A DNA stretch of 64,000 nt from an uncultured Alphaproteobacteria bacterium (GTDB lineage Bacteria; Pseudomonadota; Alphaproteobacteria; Rhizobiales; Hyphomicrobiaceae), in NCBI GenBank assembly GCA_963741545.1, contig CAVUIN010000018.1, forward strand, positions 70,867 through 134,866, in the 5' to 3' direction. The notes beneath the pieces were generated by a model. It saw only the letters and a program-made list of their open reading frames with translations, had not been told where the DNA came from and ran no database searches. Each line of letters starts with the position of its first letter. Position 1 is the first letter of the stretch. Position numbers and translations under genes: made by a program. Shown here piece by piece: positions 10,896 to 18,951 of this stretch.

Positions 10896-10941
10896 CAATG
10901 CCCGCTCCGGCTCGAACTCCACCACCGGTCCCGCTGCGTCT

Positions 10942-10975
10942 CCCCACCCCTAACCCCTCCCCGCTGGGGAGGGGA
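10942..10975. repeat. Family A repeat, inverted right arm of cassette 3
   Basis: CCCCACCCCTAACCCCTCCCCGCTGGGGAGGGGA. Confidence 0.85.
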
Positions 10976-11023
10976 ATCCTTGTTGCGCCAGCTCGTACCT
11001 CGGCTCGATCAAAGCGAAGAAAC

Positions 11024-11202
11024 GTAGGGCGGATTAGGTGCGGCCCGTCCACAATTATTTTTGCATTGGGCACGACCATCGCGGGCCGGACCGTAATCCG
11101 CCACGCCTCACGAAGAATTTCGCAACATCTCTCCCGCTTCCGGCGGATTACGCCGCTGTTTCGCGCGTGACTTTGACCCGCGTGGCGGCTAATTCGCCCT
11201 AC
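11024..11202. repeat. Family C GTAG-type REP doublet
   Basis: GTAGGGCGGATTAG..CGTAATCCGCC and GGCGGATTACG..CTAATTCGCCCTAC. Confidence 0.8.
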
Positions 11203-11248
11203 TCACTGTCAGGTCAACTTCACAACGCGTTGACGCCGAGCGGCGGGG

Positions 11249-11548
11249 TCAGAAGCACAGCCAAGCGCCTAAACAGTTCTTGGGAGTTGCGCCTTTGCAG
11301 GCCACCTGCGAGGAGTGACACGTCGTCGTTATCGAGGCTGTTTTGCAGGTCGTGCTCACGGGCCCCTTCCCCACGCGACCTTGCGCAGCGAGCGTATTTT
11401 TAAGAGCATTGTTCGAGAAGAGCACGGCGGTATCATGCGTCAAGGTTTCGCCGAGGGCTGTAACCCGGGTACAATCGGCGGCCTGAGCCGTCGCTGAAAT
11501 TGCGCAGACCATCGCCGCCGCCACCAAGCCGAATTTCAAGGACTGCAT
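11249..11548 (-). CDS. Small secreted Cys-rich protein
   Basis: Signal peptide ending AQA, six Cys in the mature part; RBS GGAGGG. Confidence 0.75.
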   Translation of the reverse strand: MQSLKFGLVAAAMVCAISATAQAADCTRVTALGETLTHDTAVLFSNNALKNTLAAQGRVGKGPVSTTCKTASITTTCHSSQVACKGATPKNCLGAWLCF

Positions 11549-11818
11549 TGCCCCCTCCGAAAATAGAATCTCAGCCGGACGCTAGTTCAGTGCATGCCGC
11601 TTGCCAAGGAATACTCCGTTGCAAGCCGGATTTATTCCGCAAAGCCTCTCCGCTTAGGAGCTGTACTTTCTCACTTTCCACAGGCACCGCATGCCCATCT
11701 AGATATGCTGGCACAGGGTCAATCTCTCCCACCTCCCTCGCCGCGTCTCTACAACGCGTGACCAATATGGGGGGCCGGTGCTATAGGGCGGCTTAGCTTT
11801 CAACTATGAGATTCGATT

Positions 11819-13492
11819 TTGACCGAAGACACCGACATCACCCGCACTGACGAGGCGGGCCAGAGCACAACGCCAGCCACGCAGGTTCCCGCAGGCCTGG
11901 GCAGCGCGCCAGCTTCAATCTTGGAGCGCGAGATCGCGCGCCGGCGCACGTTCGCGATCATTTCGCATCCCGACGCCGGCAAAACCACGCTGACCGAAAA
12001 GTTGCTGCTATTTGGCGGCGCCATTCAGCTCGCGGGTCAGGTCAAAGCCAAGGGCGACAAGAAGAACACGCGCTCCGACTGGATGGCAATCGAGCGCGCG
12101 CGCGGCATCTCGGTCGTGACCTCGGTCATGACGTTTGAATACGGCGGCGCGGTCATGAATTTGCTCGACACGCCGGGCCACGAAGACTTCTCCGATCAGA
12201 CCTATCGCACGCTGACGGCCGTCGATAGCGCCATCATGGTCATCGACGCCGCGAAAGGCATCGAAGCACGCACGCGCAAGCTGTTTGAAATCTGCCGCCT
12301 GCGCGACATTCCAATTGTGACGTTCATCAACAAAATGGACCGCGAGGCACGCGAGCCGCTCGAACTGTTGGATGAGATATCGAATGTCCTGGCGCTCGAT
12401 ACCGCGCCGATGGTCTGGCCGATGGGCTCGGGCCGCGATTTCAAGGGCACGTACGATCTCTACAAGCCGCGCGTCAATCAGATGGATACCGAAGCGCAGG
12501 ACCTGGGCGATCTTTCAGGGCCCGATGATCCCGCGATCACGGAATTGATGGGTGAGGAAGCGGCCGCGCGCTGGCGGCAGGACGTCGATCTCGTGCAGGG
12601 CGCGTGCGGCCGCTTCGATCTTGAAGCTTTCCGCCAGGGCACGCTGACGCCGGTTTATTTCGGCAGCGCTTTAAAGAATTTCGGCGTGCGCCAGATTTTG
12701 GATGCCTTCGTGAATTTCGCGCCGCCGCCGCGCGCGCAGAAAGCAGCCTCGCGCACGATTGAAGCCAACGAGCCGGCGATGACGGGCATCGTGTTCAAGA
12801 TCCAAGCGAACATGGACCCGAACCACCGCGACCGCATCGCCTTTATGCGCGTGACGAGCGGCAAGCTCACGCGCGGCATGAAGGCTAAGGTTTCACGCTC
12901 GGGCAAAGTCGTCGCGTTGCAGTCGCCGCAGTTTTTCTTTGCTCAGGACCGTTCAATTGCCGAAGAAGCCTACGCCGGAGACATCGTCGGCATTCCCAAT
13001 CGCGGGCTTCTTCGTATTGGCGACGCGCTGACCGAGGGCGAGGATATTTCGTTCCTCGGCATTCCGAGCTTTGCGCCGGAAATCCTGCGCCGCGTCAGGC
13101 TTGAAGACGCCATCCGGGCGCGCAAGCTCAAAGAAGCTTTGCAGGAAATGTCGGAAGAAGGCGTGGTGCAGATTTTCACACCCGTTGAAGGGACGCAGCC
13201 CATTGTTGGCGTCATCGGCGCGCTGCAGCTTGACGTTTTGGCCGAGCGCTTGAAGAACGAATACGGGCTTCCAATCGCGTTCGAGCAGGCGCCATGCGAT
13301 GTTGCGCGCTGGATGAGTGCGAGCGACCCAAAAGTGCTCGACGCGTTTGCCGCCAAGAACCGCTCGAAGATCGCACAAGATCAAGACGGCGATCTTGTTT
13401 ATCTCGCGGAAAGCCAATTCTCGCTGCGCTGGGCGGCGGAGCGCAACCCCGAGATCACGTTCACCGACGTGAAGACGATGCGGGTGGGGTGA
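11819..13492 (+). CDS. prfC: Peptide chain release factor 3
   Basis: RRTFAIISHPDAGKTTLTEKLLLFGGAI, DTPGHEDFS, KIQANMDPNHRDR. Confidence 0.97.
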   Translation: MTEDTDITRTDEAGQSTTPATQVPAGLGSAPASILEREIARRRTFAIISHPDAGKTTLTEKLLLFGGAIQLAGQVKAKGDKKNTRSDWMAIERARGISVVTSVMTFEYGGAVMNLLDTPGHEDFSDQTYRTLTAVDSAIMVIDAAKGIEARTRKLFEICRLRDIPIVTFINKMDREAREPLELLDEISNVLALDTAPMVWPMGSGRDFKGTYDLYKPRVNQMDTEAQDLGDLSGPDDPAITELMGEEAAARWRQDVDLVQGACGRFDLEAFRQGTLTPVYFGSALKNFGVRQILDAFVNFAPPPRAQKAASRTIEANEPAMTGIVFKIQANMDPNHRDRIAFMRVTSGKLTRGMKAKVSRSGKVVALQSPQFFFAQDRSIAEEAYAGDIVGIPNRGLLRIGDALTEGEDISFLGIPSFAPEILRRVRLEDAIRARKLKEALQEMSEEGVVQIFTPVEGTQPIVGVIGALQLDVLAERLKNEYGLPIAFEQAPCDVARWMSASDPKVLDAFAAKNRSKIAQDQDGDLVYLAESQFSLRWAAERNPEITFTDVKTMRVG

Positions 13493-13504
13493 GGCAACCC
13501 GCGC

Positions 13505-15074
13505 TCACCCCCAACCCTTGGCGGGTTTGAGAGTGGCGAGGAAGGTTTCGGCGCTGGATTTGATGCGCTGTTTTTCTGCCTCGTCGAACTTCTCATACGT
13601 CCGGTACATCTGCGCCATGCGCGGCGAGCCGCCGAGTTTGCGTTGATGGCGGGCGAGGAAATTCCAATAGAGCGCGTTAAAGGGGCAGGCGCTGGGGCCT
13701 GTTCGTTCTTTCACATTATAGCGGCACGAGCCGCAGTAATCCGACATGCGGTCGATATAGGCGCCGGAGGCCACGTAAGGCTTCGATGCGAGCAGGCCTC
13801 CGTCGGCGAACTGGCTCATGCCGAGCGTGTTCGGCAGTTCGACCCATTCGAAGGCATCGGCGTAGACGATCAAATACCATTCGTGCAGCTCTTGCGGCGA
13901 GACGCCGGCCAGCAGCGCGAAATTGCCCGTCACCATGAGCCTCTGGATGTGGTGGGCGTAGGCTTCCTCTTTCGTCTGCGTGATAGCCGCGCTGAGGCAG
14001 GCCATCTCCGTTTTGCCCGTCCAGTAGAAATCAGGCAGCGGGCGCGTATGGTTGAAGAAGTTCTGGTGAACGTAGTCCGGCATCTTGAGCCAATAAATGC
14101 CGCGCACGTATTCGCGCCAGCCGATGATCTGGCGGATGAAGCCTTCGGCGGCGTTGAGCGGTGCGGCACCTGCGCGGTAGGCCGCCTCGGCCTTGCGGCA
14201 CATATCGAGCGGATCGAGCAAGCCGCAGTTCAGGTACATCGATAAGACTGAGTGGTAGAGGAATTTTTCGCTTTTCAGCATTGCATCCTGGAAATCGCCG
14301 AAGTGGGGCAGCGCGTGCGCAACGAAGTGGCTAAGCGCCTTTTCGGCTTCCTTTCGTGTGGTCGCAAACCAAAAAGGTTCGAGATCGCCGAAGTGGTTCT
14401 GGAAGGTTTTGGCGACGAGGCCGAGAACGGCACGCGTGGTCTTATCCGGCTTGACGCGAAGCGGTTCTGGCATGAAGAGATCGGCCTTGGCGGGTTTCCG
14501 GTTCTCCTTGTCGAAGTTCCATTTGCCGCCTTCAGGTTCGTTGCCGTTCATGAGCAGGCCGGTTTTGCGGCGCATCTCGCGATAGAAGTATTCCATGCGC
14601 AGTTGCGTGCGCCCGCCGGCCCAGGCGCCGAACTCTTCGCCGGAGCAGATGAAGCGCGTATCGGGACGGATTTCGAACGGCACGCCGAAGCGGCTACGCC
14701 AGGTTTTCATATCGTCGAGCACGCGCCATTCGCCGGGCTCGGTGACGATGAGACTTTGCGGCTGGTAAATCTGGACGGCGCGCTCCACTTCGCCCGCGAA
14801 ACTGCCGCGATTGTCTTCGCAGTCGAACTTGCGGTACTCGACACGCCAACCTGCGGTGCTGAGTTCGTCTGCGAAGTGGCGCATGGCTGAAAACAGGAAC
14901 GCGATCTTTTTCTTGTGATGGCGGACGTAAGTCGCTTCCGCATGAACTTCGCACATAAGGATTTGGTCGCGCTTTGGGTCCGCGCCCGTAAGGCTCGAAA
15001 TCGCCAAGCGTCAGCTGATCGCCGAGGATCACGATGAGATTGCGGATTTTAGCGGGCCGAGAGGGTTTTTTCAT
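13505..15074 (-). CDS. Fe-S bacterial cryptochrome/photolyase (PhrB/CryB-like); frameshift near 15005
   Basis: LILGDQL-type start, YVRHHKKKI, RMEYFYREMRR, GGKWNFD, YAHHIQRLM, YIDRMSDYCGSC, ACPFNALYW. Confidence 0.92.
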
Positions 15075-15110
15075 AGCAGAGCTTGCTACGAGGAACCGGC
15101 TGTTCGCAGA

Positions 15111-16133
15111 TCACGCCTCGTTCGTCACGGCGATAAGTTTGTCGAGGGCGAGGTTGGCCGCGCCGCTGTCGATCGATGCAGCCGCTTGGGCCACGCCCAT
15201 TTCGAGTCCGTCCGCTTTACCGGCAACGATGAGAGCGGCGGCGGTATTGAACAGCACGATGTCGCGATACGCGCCGGTTTCGCCTTGAAGCAGTGCACGC
15301 AGTTTTGCGGCATTGGTTTGCGGGTCGCCGCCTTTGAGGTCTGCCAGCGTGGCGCGCTTGAGCCCTGCGTCTTCCGGCGTCACTTCAAAAACGATGATGT
15401 CGCCTTTGTGGAGTTCGGCAACGGTTGACGAGCCCGTTGTCGTCAGTTCGTCCATGCCATCAGTGCCGTGCACGATCCAGGCGTGGGTCGAGCCGAGGGA
15501 CTTCAAGGCTTCGGCCATGGGCTCCAGCCATTTGCGGTCGTAGACGCCGAGCACCTGACGCTTGACGCCCGCCGGATTGCACAGGGGGCCAAGCAGATTG
15601 AAAAGCGAGCGGATGCCGAGATCGGCGCGGATGGGCGCCCACTGTTTCATGGCGGGGTGGTGCATCGGCGCCCAGAGAAAGCCGACGCCTGCGGTTGAGA
15701 TCGCACGCGATACAACAACGGGCGCGACGTCGATTTTGACGCCGAGCGCTTGCAGCACGTCGGACGCGCCAGAGAGAGATGAGACGGAGCGGTTGCCATG
15801 TTTCGCGACCGGAACGCCCGCGCCTGCCGCAACGATTGCCGCAGCGGTCGAGACGTTATAGGTGCCGTGGCTATCGCCCCCCGTGCCGGCGATGTCGATA
15901 GCATTCGGGGGGGCTTCGGCGGGCGTCATGCGGCTGCGCAAGAATTTTGCCGCGCCAGAGATTTCGGGAACCGTTTCGCCGCGCACGCGCAGGCCCATGA
16001 GGAACGCGCCCATCTGCACGGGCGTAGCAACGCCCGACATGAGGAGATCGAGCGCGTCTTCCATTTCGCTTGCTGAAAGCGTCTTGCCGTCGGCGATGGC
16101 GTTCAAGAGTTTTTTGAGTTTGTTTGCGGGCAT
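15111..16133 (-). CDS. trpD: Anthranilate phosphoribosyltransferase
   Basis: GTGGD, NVSTA, AKHGNRSVSSLSGASD, FNLLGPLCNP, GMDE. Confidence 0.97.
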   Translation of the reverse strand: MPANKLKKLLNAIADGKTLSASEMEDALDLLMSGVATPVQMGAFLMGLRVRGETVPEISGAAKFLRSRMTPAEAPPNAIDIAGTGGDSHGTYNVSTAAAIVAAGAGVPVAKHGNRSVSSLSGASDVLQALGVKIDVAPVVVSRAISTAGVGFLWAPMHHPAMKQWAPIRADLGIRSLFNLLGPLCNPAGVKRQVLGVYDRKWLEPMAEALKSLGSTHAWIVHGTDGMDELTTTGSSTVAELHKGDIIVFEVTPEDAGLKRATLADLKGGDPQTNAAKLRALLQGETGAYRDIVLFNTAAALIVAGKADGLEMGVAQAAASIDSGAANLALDKLIAVTNEA

Positions 16134-16159
16134 TCGAAATTCTTTCGTCATGTGAGCAT

Positions 16160-16647
16160 CCCCCTCCCCCTCGCGGGGAGGGGTTAGGGGTGGGGGGATA
16201 GCCGGGAAATAGGTGTTAGCGTTTTCATTCCTGCTTTACCACCACCCCGAGCGCCGCAAGAACCTCTAAGACGCAGCCGTCCAAAGTATTCGTAACATCG
16301 CCGTTCCGGAATCTAAGGATCGTAAACCTCTGCCAGTGCAAATGCGCATCCCTCGTTGTGTCGGTTTTGAGTTGTGCGCCTTCGTAGTGATGATAGCCGT
16401 CGACTTCGATTATGAGCCGATGCGAGAGGCAGGCAAAGTCGACGATGTATCCGTCAATTGGGCATTGCCGTCTGAAGTGATGGCCTTGCCGCCGCAATTC
16501 ACGCAGCCGCCGCCAGAGCTTCGTTTCTGCGATTGTTGGGTTCTTGCGCAATCGCCGGGCAATTTGGTTGGGCATGACGCATTACTCTTGGGCTTCCCGA
16601 TTGTGTCGTCACCCCACCCCCAACCCCTCCCCGTCAAGGGGAGGGGA
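16160..16647. mobile_element. Putative repeat-bracketed DUF559 cassette (family A inverted arms 16160-16197 and 16612-16647)
   Basis: Inverted arms around a nuclease gene, flanked by a 56-bp direct repeat of the trpD 5' end. Confidence 0.65.
16225..16575 (-). CDS. DUF559 / Vsr-like endonuclease
   Basis: ARRLRKNPTIAETKLW, FRRQCPIDGYIVDFAC, LIIEVDG, RDAHL, ILRFRN. Confidence 0.9.
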   Translation of the reverse strand: MPNQIARRLRKNPTIAETKLWRRLRELRRQGHHFRRQCPIDGYIVDFACLSHRLIIEVDGYHHYEGAQLKTDTTRDAHLHWQRFTILRFRNGDVTNTLDGCVLEVLAALGVVVKQE

Positions 16648-16649
16648 AT

Positions 16650-16709
16650 TCAGAGCGTCTTGCCGTCGGCGATGGCGTTCAAGTGTTTTTTGAGTTTGTT
16701 TGCGGGCAT
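16650..16709 (-). pseudogene. Duplicated 5' fragment of trpD (19 codons plus stop)
   Basis: MPANKLKKHLNAIADGKTL*; 16654-16709 matches 16078-16133 at 55/56 nt. Confidence 0.9.
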
Positions 16710-16719
16710 GTCCGAGTGC

Positions 16720-17316
16720 TCACGCCGCTTGTCTGCGCTTCGGCTTGAAGCCGGCGAGTTCGAGGAAATTGGCGAGCAGCGCGTGGCCCTGTTCCGAGGC
16801 GATGCTTTCAGGATGGAACTGCACGCCGTGCACGGGATGCGTCTTGTGCTGCAGGCCCATGATGATGCCGTCCGCCGTCTCGGCGGTGATTTCAAGGCAA
16901 TCGGGTAGCGTCGCGCGCTCGACGATGAGCGAATGATAGCGCGTGATCTGGAATGATTTCGGCAGGCCTTTGAATACGCCCTTACCAGTGTGTGTGATTG
17001 ACGAGATTTTGCCGTGCATGGGTTCGGGCGCGCGGATCACCTTGCCGCCATAGGATTGCCCGATGGATTGATGCCCGAGGCAAACGCCAAGCAGCGGGAT
17101 CGTGGGTCCCGCTTTTTTTATGAGATCGAGGCACACGCCCGCTTCGTTCGGCGTGCACGGGCCGGGCGACAAGACAATCGCTTTCGGTTTTTTGGCGAGC
17201 GCTTCTTCGGCTGTGATCTTGTCGTTGCGCACGACAACGCTTTCCGCGCCAAGCTCGCCCAGATAATGGACGAGATTGTACGTGAAGCTGTCGTAGTTAT
17301 CGATGAGGAGCAGCAT
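16720..17316 (-). CDS. trpG: Anthranilate synthase component II (glutamine amidotransferase)
   Basis: [38 protein letters not shown]. Confidence 0.95.
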   Translation of the reverse strand: MLLLIDNYDSFTYNLVHYLGELGAESVVVRNDKITAEEALAKKPKAIVLSPGPCTPNEAGVCLDLIKKAGPTIPLLGVCLGHQSIGQSYGGKVIRAPEPMHGKISSITHTGKGVFKGLPKSFQITRYHSLIVERATLPDCLEITAETADGIIMGLQHKTHPVHGVQFHPESIASEQGHALLANFLELAGFKPKRRQAA

Positions 17317-17355
17317 GGGGAGGGTTTAGGGGGCGGGGGAGGGAGCGTCAAGAGT

Positions 17356-17447
17356 GGGCAACAGGCAACCGGCAGCAGGCAACAGTAAGTACAAAATCTT
17401 GCCAGGAGCGGCCCCTACGGCTGCCTGCTGCCGGTTGCCTGTTGCCC
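17356..17447. repeat. 26-bp perfect inverted repeat built of GGCAACA-like heptamers
   Basis: 17356-17381 is the exact reverse complement of 17422-17447. Confidence 0.85.
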
Positions 17448-17449
17448 CA

Positions 17450-17965
17450 TCACTTCTTCGGCGTCCAGAATGCCGTCAAGCGGCCCATGCGGGGGCCGAT
17501 GTCGCGCCAGGACTTCTTGTTAAAGGTAAAGACGGCTATCGCGGCAGTCGGGAATTTCTCGGCTAGCTCTTCGTTGAGGACCTCGGGGCCGGGGCCGGCA
17601 AGAGCGTCGGCGAGATTATGCATGCCGGGATTGTGCCCGACCATCAGCACGCACGCGTGGTTTGCCGCTAACTTCTTCAAAAGATCGAGCATGAGAGCGG
17701 GCGGCGCGAGATAGAGTTTGTCGTCGAATATGATTTCAGGCGCGGCCGTGAGGCGCATTTCAGGCAGCGCCAGCTCCAGCGTCTCGCGCGTACGCTTCGC
17801 GGGCGAGCACAGGATCAGGCCCGGCACGATCTGTAACTCGCGCAACTGTTGCCCGGCTTCGGGTGCAGCTTGACGCCCGCGCGCATTCAAGGGGCGGTTG
17901 AAATCGTCGCTGGGCTGGTCGTCCCAGCTCGATTTGGCATGGCGCAGGAGTGCGAGGGTGAGCAT
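17450..17965 (-). CDS. sixA: SixA-like histidine phosphatase
   Basis: LLRHAKS, RPLNARG, CSPAKRTRET, LMVGHNPG, FPTA. Confidence 0.88.
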   Translation of the reverse strand: MLTLALLRHAKSSWDDQPSDDFNRPLNARGRQAAPEAGQQLRELQIVPGLILCSPAKRTRETLELALPEMRLTAAPEIIFDDKLYLAPPALMLDLLKKLAANHACVLMVGHNPGMHNLADALAGPGPEVLNEELAEKFPTAAIAVFTFNKKSWRDIGPRMGRLTAFWTPKK

Positions 17966-18094
17966 GTGGACCGTTTGGCGTGCGATACAACTTGAAGAGA
18001 TGGGTGCCAAGCTTATCTATAGACGGTCTTTGCAGGTATGACAGCCTGCGAAGTGAACTCGGTGACGGCGTCGATCCGCAACGGAGACGTGTGA

Positions 18095-18520
18095 ATGGAC
18101 TATCTGACCGGCGGGCTGTGGTGGATCATTTCGAGCATTTTCGCGGTTCTGTGGTGGATCGTCTCGACGCTGCTGTGGATGCTGCTGTGGTTCGTGCTGC
18201 CGTTCGGGGTGCTGGCCTTCATTGCCTTGCGCGTGGCGGAAAGCACCTTCGGGCAAGACGCCGTGCGCGCGTGGCTCAAAGCGCGGTCGATGAAATACGG
18301 CGCGGGGGTGTGGGATCGCGTCAGGCGGATATCGTTCGCGCTGGGCGTGTTGCCGTTTCGCGTGATTGCCTGGTTCGTGGTTTATGCCGTGTGGCACGCG
18401 TTAGTGAGCGTCTTCTGGCGGCCGAAGTGGCAGCCGTGGACGCGGGCGTGGGGGAAGAGGTGGCGGCCTGTGAAGGTCACGCCGAGCGGAAGAGTGGTGA
18501 AGGCTGCCGTCAAGACGTAG
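18095..18520 (+). CDS. Trp-rich membrane protein
   Basis: Two hydrophobic segments, 15 Trp in 141 aa; RBS GGAGA. Confidence 0.7.
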   Translation: MDYLTGGLWWIISSIFAVLWWIVSTLLWMLLWFVLPFGVLAFIALRVAESTFGQDAVRAWLKARSMKYGAGVWDRVRRISFALGVLPFRVIAWFVVYAVWHALVSVFWRPKWQPWTRAWGKRWRPVKVTPSGRVVKAAVKT

Positions 18521-18680
18521 GTTGGGTTAGGCGCGGCTGCGGTTGCATCGTGGGCAACCGAAGTGCAAAAAAGAGCGCCGTAACCCAACGAATCTTGCGG
18601 ATAGAGCTGTTGGGTTACGCGCGGAAGCAGCGCGCGCGTTTCAATTTTTGAAATGGATGGGCCGCGCTAACCCAACCTAC
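18517..18680. repeat. Family C GTAG-type REP doublet
   Basis: GTAGGTTGGGTTAG..CGTAACCCAAC and GTTGGGTTACG..CTAACCCAACCTAC. Confidence 0.85.
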
Positions 18681-18882
18681 AAGTAATTTTGCCTCGCGCA
18701 ATCTCCGCGCGCGCCTCTGCAGCAAGGCGCGAAAGTGCCGTCTTCGAACGCGGATCTGATAAAAGCTTTTCCCACCGGGCGTCCGCTTCGAGGCGGTCCA
18801 GCATTTCGCGCGCGATCGCTTCCTGCTCAGCGTCCGGGAGCTTGGCAATGGCGGCAACCGCTTTATCGAAAAGTGCGTTCAT
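18667..18882 (-). CDS. Putative antitoxin-like small protein, ending inside a REP
   Basis: LFDKAVAAIAKLPDAEQEAIA..DARWE..LSRLAAEARAEIARGK pattern. Confidence 0.6.
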   Translation of the reverse strand: MNALFDKAVAAIAKLPDAEQEAIAREMLDRLEADARWEKLLSDPRSKTALSRLAAEARAEIARGKITCRLG

Positions 18883-18951
18883 AAACCGAATATAGTGTAA
18901 CTCAAACTAGGGTCAAGCAGCGGTAAACTCGCTTAATGACATGGGGACTAT

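Noticed and set aside
10900-10925. CTCCACCA resembling a tRNA/tmRNA 3' end
   Set aside because: No proper T-arm or acceptor stem, and the GGATCGAC motif is on the opposite strand.
11819-13492. Programmed frameshift in a release factor gene
   Set aside because: This is RF3 with a continuous frame; the known frameshift is in prfB.
8012-18680. Repeats as a possible CRISPR array
   Set aside because: They are dispersed inverted palindromes without regular spacers, and no cas genes are present.
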